A DNA stretch of 64,000 bases from Harriotta raleighana (lineage: Eukaryota). Below, one piece after another: positions 14,601 to 26,100 of this stretch (positions are counted from its first letter, which is position 1; the number at the start of each line of letters is the position of its first letter). The DNA is taken from contig JBNZDD010013730.1 in the NCBI GenBank assembly GCA_050575255.1, positions 4,881,607 to 4,945,606 of the forward strand, read 5' to 3'. The notes below the pieces were generated by a model. The model ran no database searches and was not told where the DNA came from. It saw only the letters and a list, made by a program, of their open reading frames with translations. The translations under genes and the position numbers were made by a program.

Positions 14601-17600
14601 CGATTTATTCTAACTCATCTTCCTTATAGAGGTAGAGGGTTAGGGAGGGAAACTAAAACCAATTGTAGCATCACTGTGGCTGAGACGGGAAATATCAAGA
14701 GAGACCAAGAATTCAGACAGGAACCTTTCCATTTCACATGGCTCAGTGCTATTCAGTGTACATATCACAGGGAGACTAGATGGACTCTGCTTATAATTGT
14801 TTATGTAGTTTTTTTTAAAAAAAGTATTGCTTTTGCTATGTTAATACATAATATTCATTATTTGTATTGAATATGCAGGTCACAGGTTTATGCTGTTTCA
14901 AGAAATATTGAAAATTTGGCTGCGACAAAAATGACGCCAATTTTACCAGCAAATACAAATACAAGCCAAGCGTCATCAGAGAGGTCATCCAGAACGAGTA
15001 GGCAAACAACTGTAAATACCTCTGATTTTTTCTTTCACATGCAATAGCATGACCTTCATCATATTTAAAATATATGTTGAATATACACTATGTACAACAC
15101 AATAACCTTTTAATGAACTCTACGAAACTCTCAATTGGAGACTTCTGCTTTCATTTTCGAGCAGTCTTGTATGCAAGTTTCCATTCTTATACACCTTCCC
15201 ACTGTTTTCTATTTGCTGTGTACTTGCGTTCCTAGTTTTTTTGAATATACTGTGATTTTAAAAAAAATCTATTATATGCCAATGGAAAAGTGTGACATTT
15301 CTTTGTCGGTCTACAGGCTCAGCGATCCTCAGAAATAATAGCAGAGGAAACTGAACAAAGGAAACAATCACAAGTTGCAAGGACATCTACATATAAGATT
15401 TGTTCCAGAACAACTGAATTGGGGATTGAATTTTGCCTTGATGCATCAATAGAAGATGCTGTTTGTATTCGACCATCCCCGTTGTATACAATGATAGGCC
15501 AGCATGCTGTTACAATATTAGTAAGACCAGGTAAAGAAATTTTAAAAAGCACATTTTGCACTTAAGTATTTAAGCAATTTTGTTGGCGGTGTATGAATCA
15601 TGATAAACCTTTTGTTTGCAGTTCACTCAGAGCCAGACGTTGAAACAATTGTACTAGAAATACAGACAGGATCTGAAGCAGCTTCAAAAGTCATTCGACT
15701 AATGCAATGGGAGAATCAGCAAACTGTAAGAATCCAGCACAAAATGTATATTGACCAAAATTCTAATCTCTTGTGAATCGAACTCTTACATTTAATATCT
15801 TTGCTATATCATTTCCAATGAACTACGAGAGAAGTGTGTTCAATAAAATATGAATGAACAAATGCCTGATCCAACTGTAGAATCCCACTATTATTTTACT
15901 GATCATCCTTTAAAAACATTGCCCCAAATGCAAATGTAATTTTTATTGGTCTTACATTTCTAGGGAAACACATTTTTAATTCATCACGATTCATCTGGAG
16001 AGTTTTATGATTATTGAGCTTTCCAACACAGATTTGTATATTTAGTGCAACTAACAAGAAGAAAAGATTTTGCCCCAATTCATGACTTCTGTCTCCACAA
16101 TATAACCATGGATGACTTTACTTCTGAACTATTTAGCGCTCAAGCACAAGAATGTCAATGAGAAGTTTTCCAGCAGGAAATCCATCCTCTGGTACACAGC
16201 GAAGACAAAGCAGCAGCAGCTCATCAATTCTTCGCTCATCTCGTCAGGTTTGTTTTCTGCTCAAAAGTAAAGTTCCAGATGCTTGAGAACTCAGATGAGC
16301 TCCAGTCCAATGAACCACTTTAAAATCTATTTCTTTGTAACCCTAGGGCGCAGGTTCCCCTATTCTCACCATCCTTCTTCGAGCCGTAAGGATTGACAGG
16401 AAACAGCAAGGCTATCAGTTCACTGGATACGCAGAGGTTTCAGATCGTCAACCCAGAGTTCACTTGCGTGTGGTGGAACTGGCCGAAGACAGCAGGTGGA
16501 AAATCTGTGCTGACGGTATCATGCCTCACGGACATAAAGCAATGGTAATAGACAATTCTACTGTAGCTACTTAAATCTACACCAAGAGTATTTCTTATTA
16601 TTCAGTAAACCCAACCTTTTTTAAAAAAATCTTTAGGTATTATTGAGATGGGGTCAAAACTGCCAGGACTATGAGGTGTTTGTTAAAGCTTCAACTGATG
16701 AGTTTGCAAGCCAACCAGCACTTAAGATCAAATTGCAATGGTCCAGGATTCCTGTTTGGCTGAAATCAAGTGGCAGAATGTAAGCTTTAAAATCACACAT
16801 TTATTTTGCTTTAATGTGCACCTTCTATGTCGTAGAAAGCGACGTGTTTACTGATGCTTGTTATCTGGGTTCAGGGTTGGAGAATCATTACCAGGAATTG
16901 CCTACCTGTCAGGAATGTCCCAACGATATCAAAGTAATCCTTCTCGTCAGATTACAATGTTGGTCATTCGAACAACACCACAATCCATTGATTCCATTAT
17001 TGAAGTACCCAAGGTATTGCAATCTATATTCACTTTATGTAATTGTACTTTAAATGATATTTCTTTGCTTCAAGGGCTTCTGCTTTTGCATCAGAATAAC
17101 GCTTGACCTTTACTCCTGTTTCAGATGACAGTCTATTATCAAGATGCCCAATTTCCTTTATCTATTCCCATTGGTGCAGTCTTTCCATGGGTAAAAGCCA
17201 GAGGATTCAGATCCATCATGGAAATTCCTGACCTACTTCTTTCAGTGAACCAACGTAATTAGTAATTCCAAGTTTGGCCTCTAAATCTCTATTAACTAGA
17301 ACCAAATGATTAATTCAATTAAATCGTTAAATAATTTTTACTAGAAAAACAATGTAGGGAGGCGTCTTCTGAGTTTATTCGAACATACTGTATTAACCTG
17401 GGAAGGATATTTTGTGTTGCATTAAAGTGTGGAAAATATTTTATTTTCTACTTTAATCATTTGGTCATCCAATCCAAGAACGTTTGTGGGACACTGCTAT
17501 GCGCAATTGGCTGCTGCGTTTCGCTCACAAACATACAGTCAATTCACTTTACAGTGAATTCTGTGAAGCGCTTTGAGACATCTAGAAGATGTGAAAAGGA

Positions 17601-20207
17601 TTATTATTACTCTAGATTGCTTTTCCTGCCAGCAGAGATTACTACCAGTGATACCCCAAATTCTTTCCTATCCAAGCTTACATGAAGTAATTAGTTGGAC
17701 AATGTTATTTGTGGGACTTCACCAGCACAGATTAGCCACTATATATGTCTATGGTATGACAATGAGGACATTTCAAATTAATTCATAGTGTAAACTCATC
17801 TTAACATAATAAGCCATTTTTGTTTGAAACACAAAAAGTTCAGTTCATTTTCTTTGTATTTGTAAATAAAAATTGTACAGCTTCAATTTTGGGTAATCAT
17901 CTGTGTCAATTTCTGACTGGATTTCCTAATAAAAAAACAGAAGTCATTTATACTCCGCTCCAAATCAGTCGCATTCAGATTTCTCACAAATTAGAAAGTT
18001 ATATATGAGTTTCCATTTCGTTTCCATCTTAAGGAACCCTTGGCTTATTTATAAAGGTATTCTGTTAGAAATCACTGCATTATTAGACTCCAATGTGTAG
18101 ATTGCCAAATTGTATAATATTTTATTTTGTATTTTTTGCAGGGAATTGTATTGCAGAACAAAACAAGGTACTTTCGTTTGATAATGACCAGTTAGAATAT
18201 CAGATACCTAATAACTGCTATTATGTCCTGACACAAGACTGTTCAAGTGCTCCAAAGTTTGTTTTATTAATGAAACGTGCGAAGATTCAATCAAAGAAGT
18301 CAATAAAGCTCCTAATGTCAAACCCCAATCTGTAAGTAACATCACAAATGTTTTTTTTTTACTGACTTTGACTCTTTTCTCGCTTCAAGAAAATGTACAT
18401 GGTTTATAGAGTAGGTAATGATGCAAACAAAAACAATCAAATATCATAGTAACTGGACATTATTGATCCCTTAATAATAAATGAATAGAGGATAAAGAAT
18501 AGCACACATTTAATGCAACTAACATAATTTTCCCTAGTTACATGTATAAATCCTACTTGAAGGTCTTGAGATCAAGTACATCACACAATTATATTTTTAC
18601 TGTTGACGCCTTTCTGGAAGCGTTCAGTTCTTTGAACAGAATTTGTGGTTTTGTTTCTAAACAGGGTCATTGAAGCATATCCCGAAGGTCAAGATATTAA
18701 ACTGTTAATTGACGATGTGGAGTGCCCAGTGAGCTCCCTCCCAAGAGTTGAACAAGGTGAGTGTTTACTGTAGTGGCTGGTTAACTGAAGCAGGAATGTT
18801 TCCTGAAACAGTTTCCTGAAACACTAGCAAAAATGTCACGTACATTGCAATTCAGCTTTATGTGTACAAAAGTTTAATTATTCACTCATTATCGCTTATT
18901 TTTTGACACCACATAGTTTAAGGACATTGTTGGACTTGTGTTTTTTAATTCTAATTTAGGTATTGTCCAGATTCGAACAAATGGCACTGGAATTATTTTG
19001 GAAGCGAAACACATTCAACTGGATTTATTATATTTCGATGGAGTCAAAGTGCAGGTAGCTCACCCAACTGATCAGAACATTTTCCAAGTGCAGCAGATTG
19101 TTCAGAAATGTACTTGACTGATACATGTTTTATTTCAACTGTGTTTTAAGGTTACAGTGAACCAGATGAACAAGCGGACATGTGGTATTTGTGGACATAA
19201 CGACGGGGAGAGAAAGATGATCATGCCCAATCACAACCAAACTCAAAGCGTTGATGTCTTCTTCCAGTCGTGGTTATGTTCAGGGAGCACCTGCCAGGAT
19301 GGTAGGGGATTCTGACTGATTTTTAAATCCTATTATCTCACAACCACAAGCCTGCAAACATTCCTTATGCATTTTTTTTTTCTTTTAATTCAGAATGCAA
19401 GGTTCAGAGTGCATTTGTAGAATTAGAATCACCACTGCGTTTTGGAGGCAGGGAGTCCAGATGCTCTGCAACAGAGCCAGTCCAACGCTGTCTCCCTGGG
19501 TGTCCACCAACTGAAAAAGTTCCTGTCAGTGTTGCTTTCCATTGTGTACCCACTGGTAAGTTTGTGGATCTTTTTCAAGTACGTTATTGTTGTGTTGAAG
19601 TTTAAAATACAAAGCTGTGAGAGTGATGGGTGGCGGTAATGTTATAAATAAGCATGAAAGTACGATTTAAGAATTAAAACATTCGAACTGGCCATTCATA
19701 TCAACAAAAACACATTTATAGAGCGTCTTTCACATCAGGAGGACGTCCCAAGGCGCTGATCAGGCTAATAATGATGTAATTACATCCCAGGCTAGAGGCC
19801 ATACGTTATACTATAGTATTTTCTTTCTCTAATTTAATTGTAACAAAATGCTTTGACTTACAAAAATTGGCAATCAACAACATTTGTTATTGCAGGAAGC
19901 AAGATCAATTGTATTGGTAGGAAATGGTGTGACGTATTGGAATTCTGTGGCTAGTTTAATTTCCGAGTGCAATTTTATTCAAACAATATGGAAAAATCAT
20001 CACTTGACTTATTTAAAATATATATATAGATATATACAGTGTGCACTTTAATTATATGTAGTCATATGTGTGTTTGTTTAACCAAGTAATTTCAAACCTG
20101 TTCATTAAGCATACATTGCTTTCTCAACAGATTCTTATATGAGTCAACTGATGAGTTTTGACCTCCATCACTCTGTGGATTCCCACAGTGACTGTGCTGA
20201 AGCATAA
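5633..20207 (+). CDS. vtg: Vitellogenin paralog A: 33 exons, intact, lacking the main phosvitin exon
   Basis: Signal peptide MRGIIFLLTLTIVG. Exons traced with GT-AG ends: 5633-5672, 5780-5797, 5885-6036, 6731-6982, 7067-7228, 7422-7570, 7878-8028, 8123-8280, 8564-8729, 8870-8995 (exons 6-10 repeated at +1865), 11060-11278, 11433-11650, 11994-12091, 12428-12552, 12694-12795, 12901-13020, 13149-13338, 13714-13801, 13959-14144, 14879-15011, 15317-15530, 15622-15725, 16137-16247, 16347-16543, 16637-16779, 16875-17013, 17125-17254, 18142-18331, 18665-18756, 18960-19054, 19151-19301, 19394-19555, 20131-20207 (TAA). Motifs FEYSNGRVG, VTKSKDL and vWD TCGICG are present. Confidence 0.93.
7337..11065 (+). 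repeat. Near-perfect direct duplication, offset 1865 bp (7337-9200 / 9202-11065), joined at a single N
   Basis: Identical ORF pairs in the track at offset 1865. One synonymous difference seen (CTG vs CTC in exon 6). Junction is the N at 9201. Confidence 0.95.
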
Positions 20208-20383
20208 GGACATCCATTTTCCTTGACTGCGTTGAGGTTACAGTTTTCCTGCACACCAAACTCACTCAAGCCTCAAATGTACAATTTCTCACAGTCATAC
20301 AGTTTTCTAATTTCTAATATGAACTTTCAAATGTATAACTTTGCAGTTATCTGATTATTGCAGAAAATGCATTAATATATTCC

Positions 20384-20389
20384 AATAAA
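20384..20389 (+). terminator. Polyadenylation signal of VtgA
   Basis: AATAAA about 180 nt after the stop codon, in a context similar to the VtgB signal. Confidence 0.7.
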
Positions 20390-20879
20390 GTTATTACCTG
20401 TCAGCAACTTTAAAACCCCCAAACCATGTGTGAATTATTTGCAGGCACAGCAACAAATGATCACTGGAAATAGCAACTGATTGAGGAGCAAAGGATAATC
20501 ACTTTGACCTTCCGAAATCAAAGAAATATAACATTCAACAACATCAACGATTGTAATTTCATATCAGATTTGATTTTATATCAAATTTCTCCATCTTATT
20601 GGGAAAAGAATAGGTTCAAGTTTTACATTGGGGCTGGAGCTCATAATATAGATTAATTTTCCAGTGCAATAATGCATCCTTTGGATGAGATATTAAACTG
20701 AGATTCCTCATGGGAATCCATATTAGTGTTGGTTTTCTGTGGCTGTGGAAGAAGTGAAGCTACTGGGCTAAATGGCCTTCAGTCTTTCCATATTTTCATA
20801 TCTTTTTATGAAGTAAACTAGAAGGATTGAAGGGCTTATTACCCCCCAGAAAAGCAATCGGCCAATTGAATAATAACCC

Positions 20880-20995
20880 GGTTCTTACTTACTGCTAAGT
20901 AAACAGAGATGTGTGGAGTAAAGAAACTTGCCCAATATTTTGTCCAGTCGAGCGTCGAACTCCGGTCTCTTGCTTGCGAGGCAAATGCTCTAATA
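20880..20995 (-). mobile_element. tRNA-derived SINE head fragment
   Basis: Reverse complement resembles the SINE head at 3780-3900. Confidence 0.55.
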
Positions 20996-21273
20996 CCCTC
21001 CATGTAATACCCTCCTTGTTTTTTTAAAAATTCCCTTCATAATTTGTGCACAACTGTCCTGCTGCCTTAACTTATTTGAAAATATATTGTTAAATATTAC
21101 TTTCCCTGTTAAGAATGATCTATTTGGGCTCAGCTGCATTGTGTGGTGTTGCTTTGAAAAGCTAGAGAGCTGTAACTAACCTAATCATTCTTTTACTGCT
21201 CATCCTTCCAACGCTGGGAATCAATATTAATGTTTTCCTCTGCACTGTCTCTGAAGCCCATTTAGACTCGTAA

Positions 21274-21286
21274 TGTCACAGTGACC
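21274..21286 (+). promoter_or_regulatory. Near-consensus ERE about 1.85 kb upstream of VtgB
   Basis: TGTCAcagTGACC, one mismatch to GGTCAnnnTGACC. Confidence 0.45.
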
Positions 21287-21932
21287 AGAACAATACACAG
21301 TACTTTAGGTGTGATCACTGTAGAACACTGTAGATGAAACATGACCGCGGATGATCTGAACTTAACTGATTTGGCTGAATCCCAGCATCCTATTTGCTGA
21401 GCGGATTGCTGTCTCACGCTGCTTGGATATACTGAGCGACTTTCCAACTTCATTCATGGCAATTTCTATCCCATCCATACGTATGCCATCTCCTAAAAAA
21501 TAACTGTGAGGATGGTCAGAGAGCATTTACCCCATTTGAAATCATGTTGAGAGTCATTAAGTATATTATTTTGATACAGTTACCATCTTAGTTTTGACTA
21601 CTGACTATTGAGAACAGGTTAATGAATCTAGAGTTGCCAGGTATGGCAGTGATCTTAAACATGGAAACCACGATGGCTTGTTTTCAGTCTGCTCGATGAT
21701 ATCAGTGCTTGACAGATCTCTTCCTTTGTCTTTCTCAATGCCCTGGCAACTTATTGGTTTTCACCCACATGGATCCACTAGATCTGCTGCCTCACGATTG
21801 TCAAAACTCAATTACGAAATTTGTTTTAAATGACACTATGTAAGCAGTTGACAGAGTATATCTTAGTACATATTTTGTTTGCTCTTAGTGTCCTATCATT
21901 ATTTTATTTTGTGTTTATCTTACACTCATTAT

Positions 21933-22250
21933 GGAGTCCTATAGCTCAGTGGTTAGAGCACTTGCCTTACAAGCCTGTGGAGCTGTGTTCAAATCCAGGC
22001 AGGTCAGGGCGAATCCTTGGGCATGTTTCCTTATTCCACATGCCTAATAATAAAAATCCCTCCAAAAAAACAACAAGAATAAAATTGGTCATCTCAATCC
22101 ACGACTGTTTGTGGGACACTGCTCTGCACAATTGGCTGCTCTTTTTATCCACTAATATACAGTCAATTCACTTTACAGTATATTCTGCGAAGCGCTTTGA
22201 GATATCTAGAAGACGTGAAAAGCGTTACATCGAATACAAGGATTATTAGT
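21933..22250 (+). mobile_element. Full-length tRNA-derived SINE (Deu-type central domain, LINE-like tail)
   Basis: tagctcagtggttagagca (A box) ... gttcaaatcc (B box) ... ctgtttgtgggacactgctctgcacaattggctgc ... gtgaaaagcg...caaggattatta. Confidence 0.8.
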
Positions 22251-22519
22251 ATTATCTGTGAACAACATAATTGTATTCATGGATGATTCCTAATTACTAA
22301 ATTTAATACATTATAACATGTCAGCGGGATATTTAAAAGCTTCATAGATTTCACTGTAAAGTGTAAAATTTTCAGTATTTTATGGCTGAATTTGGGTGAA
22401 TACTTTATATTTATTACACACAATATTAGCTCATTTATCCCCAAATTGTGTCTGAACAAAATCGATAAAGAAATCACTGGTTAAACAAAACATGTGCCAC
22501 AAATTCATTACTCCAACAA

Positions 22520-22557
22520 GGGCAAGTTGATTTTAAACCATCCAGGTCACCGTAACC
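22520..22557 (+). promoter_or_regulatory. Paired imperfect EREs, VtgB promoter
   Basis: GGGCAagtTGATT (22520-22532) and GGTCAccgTAACC (22545-22557). Confidence 0.6.
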
Positions 22558-23135
22558 TCTGCAAAGGCCCATGTCAAGCTACGTGATTGATTTTATGCAT
22601 TTTCATGCTTTTTTCAAAACATAACTGTAAGGATGGTGCGAGAGCATTCACCCCATTTGAATCCATGTTGAGAGTCATTAACCATATTATTTTTATACAG
22701 TTACTATCTGACTATTGAGAACAGGCTAATGCATCCAGAGTTGCCAGGTATGGCATTCATCTGAAATATGGAAACCATGTTGGCTTGTTTTCAGTCTGCT
22801 CGATCCCGCGAGCAGGATCCCGCAAATCATCATCGGTGCTTGACAAATCTCTTCCTTTGTCTTATTACTTAACTGAACATAAATACTAAAATATTATACA
22901 AAGTTGGACTTGAAAAGGCCATGTCTCGTTTGTGCATCGCTATAATCTAGGCAATACCATGAGAAATTGGCAACCTCCATTTAAACCCAAATATGTGATT
23001 GCTCAATGTCAACTTTGATGCTGATCGAAAATTAGATTATTCAGCAAACGTTGCCACTTTACAGGGTCACGTGGTACAGAACCTCATGCTTTAAAAGAGA
23101 TGACAGGAGGGGCAAACCTCCATTCACCGATCAAC

Positions 23136-26100
23136 ATGAGGGGAATCATTTTTGTACTGGCTCTCGCTCTTGTGGGTAAGTTCGAAAATGTTCTACTTCC
23201 ATCTGGCAGCTATGTTTATCTATTTTTTTTGCCACATATATATATTTTTTAAAAATTGAGAATATTTCATTTGTGCTCACTTTTACTTGTTTCTCATTTC
23301 TTAGGGAGCCAAGTATCAAGCAGCGGTGAGTAAAATCTGCTTGCTTTACACTGATATTTTGCAACGTGAGCTCATATCTATGTATTCCTATTAAAATTGC
23401 ACTATAATTTTCTGTTGTTCACAGATGAAAGCAGGACTCAACCCAACTTCAGTGAGAAGCTGACCTATGTTTATAGGTATGAAGGTACGGTCCTGACTGG
23501 ACTTCCAGAAAAGGGCTTGAACAGAGCAGGTGTGAAAATCAATGCCATAGTGAAAATCAGCGCACTGGCACAAAGAAACTATCTGATGCAGGTAAGATAA
23601 TTTACAAATAATAACACATTCATTTGAGTAATTATAAGTCATTAATCTCATTGAGGCACAAGATGACTCCATCAACCATGAAGGAGCCTTATACAAAGTT
23701 AAATCTCAAGATCACATTAATTTTATGCTACAACCCTGTTCTTCTCACAAATATAGAGAGTGTAAAGAAACGGAAGTTTTTTAAAAATCTGATCAGTATC
23801 AGATTGTTGGTTATTTTATTAATGCATTGTAGCTTTATAATTTCCTTGTATGAATTGTACATTTCAGTTATATTTCCTGATATCCTTATTTTTACTGCAA
23901 AACAAAAATATCAACTGTTATCCTATAAAGTAGTTTTGCCTAAATATCAAAACCATATGTACAGCATACGAATTTTTCGCAGCATCATTTTTGAATTCTA
24001 TAGTCTGAACTCTCAAACTTTACAATCACAACACAGCCCGTTTCAGAATTATAAATTACATTTTTTGTTCAGCCAAAATATCTGATACATTAATGATGCA
24101 CACTGTTTCCGAAATACTGCCTCATCCACGATTCATTTAAAATCATGCTTAAACTACAGCATATCAATTTTTAATTATTTACCATATTAAAACACAAACT
24201 CTGTTAAGTAAAATGATAGCAAGAGTGTCTGGCCTGCCACAGCTTTGATCATTGATATGTTTTGGTTCATTTGTTTCTCAGATCACAGACCCTCAGATAC
24301 AGGAGCTCAATGGTGTTTGGCCCAATGTTCCATCAAGGACTGCAAGTAAATTGACACAAAGACTGGCAGCCGACCTTACCAAACCTATTAAGTTTGAATA
24401 CAGCAATGGCCGAGTTGGAAATATCAATGCCCCTGAAGACTTGCCTGAAAATATACTCAACATCCAGAGAGGCATTTTGAACATTCTTCAGATCACTATA
24501 AAGAACACTCAAAATGCCTATGAGTTACAGGAGGTAACTAAAGGTCCAGTCTTCACACTTTGCAGCAAATATTTACACCAACATTTTTTCATTGCTGGAT
24601 AGTAAACCAATTTGCCTTTCTTCTAGATGGGAATTCAAGGCATCTGCAATACAAAATATGTACTTCAGGAAGACAGGAAGAACAGCCAAATTCTCGTGAC
24701 AAAATCAAAGGATTTGAACAACTGTCAGGAGAGGGTCCAGAATCAAATTGGTCTAGCATACGGTCTTCCCTGCCCCGCTTGTCAGCAGGTAAACTGTTTC
24801 ATCTTATTGTTTCCCAGATATTCACACTCAAGAATGATTTCACATTGTGATGGATCTCAAGGACCTGAGGGATTTTAAGGGTGATAGGGACATCATTATT
24901 ATTGTTTTCTTATCTTTAGAGAAACAAGAATTTTCGCAGCACTGTGGCTCTCACTTACATTCTGAAGCCTAAAGTATCTGGTGCAATTATTGTCGAAGCC
25001 AGGACACGGGAAATACACCAATTTACACCATTCCATGAGCTCGATGGGACCGCTATAATGGAGGCAAAGTAAGATTCCAATGCTTTGTATATAGGTATCC
25101 TAGCAAAGTAAACCTCCAATGCGTAAATTATAGGAAAGATAGCAAAGTAAAATTTTAATCCTTAGATTATGAATGTCTGTCTGACATTATAAAGGCCTCT
25201 TTGTCTGTCTGATTTTACGTGATTTTCCAGTTCAGGGTCACAAATCAAATGTAGTTTCTCAGCTGCCATTACTAGGTGGATCGCCGCAGATTAGGGATCT
25301 AACCTGGCACTTCACAGTAAAATCCCATGAAGCACTTTAAAATGCGTCAATGATATGTGATACAGTGCTAGGCCAAATGTAAGGATTATTATTGTTTTTC
25401 TGGATCACTCCAGCTCAATTTCATTCTTAACGACAACAACAACAAAATTACATTTTTAGAGCGCCTTTGACGTTGGGATGCCCTTTGTTTTATGTCAAGT
25501 CGTTTGTTTTACCAATGAAGCTACTGACATAAAATGAGCAGAAAGTTTCCTCTGCTATTTTCTAAATAATTTTATTGTTATTTCCAACATTTTTCAACAA
25601 TAAAAGTACAATATTTGTCATTTTGGATTAGGTATGAGTATTGGTTATATCGAAGTGTCGATATTATTTACTGCTAAAGATAAAACCCAACTGTGTTTGT
25701 CTCCCCTATGTATTGCCAGGTGATTTTAAAAAAATTATTATTGGCGCAAAACTGATCAATGCTATTCTTTGCAGACAAAACCTTATTCTGGATGACATCA
25801 AAGTTGAACTAGTCCGTGAACCACAAGTGAGATTTCAGAATCGTGGATCTCTGAAATACAAATGTAGCAGTAATCTACTCCTTAAACCAATTCAGTTGCT
25901 TAAATACCAAAGCCTGGATGCTCAGGTAAATAGTCCCAATGTCATTCCGTGTTGTGTTTCATCTACATTATAAGGACCCGAATGACACATTCTTTGCTTT
26001 CGTCTGTAGATAATTGACACCGTGAGACACATGGGTCAGTACAATGACCAAGAGGTCCACTTTGATGCCCCAGAGAGATTTTTGGAACTTATTCAGCTTT

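Larger units (their letters stand above)
21500..22863 (+). repeat. Diverged ~240 bp direct repeat (about 21500-21732 and 22621-22863)
   Basis: Shared blocks ataactgt.aggatggt, catgttgagagtcattaa, gagttgccaggtatggca, ggcttgttttcagtctgctcgat and tctcttcctttgtctt. Confidence 0.85.

Noticed and set aside
5633-20207. VtgA as a pseudogene
   Set aside because: Exons traced by eye keep frame and splice sites, and the promoter elements and poly(A) signal are intact.
21933-22010. tRNA-like sequences here and at about 27345, 46108 and 56698
   Set aside because: They continue into a shared SINE body and tail and lack a clean cloverleaf, so they are SINE heads rather than tRNA genes.
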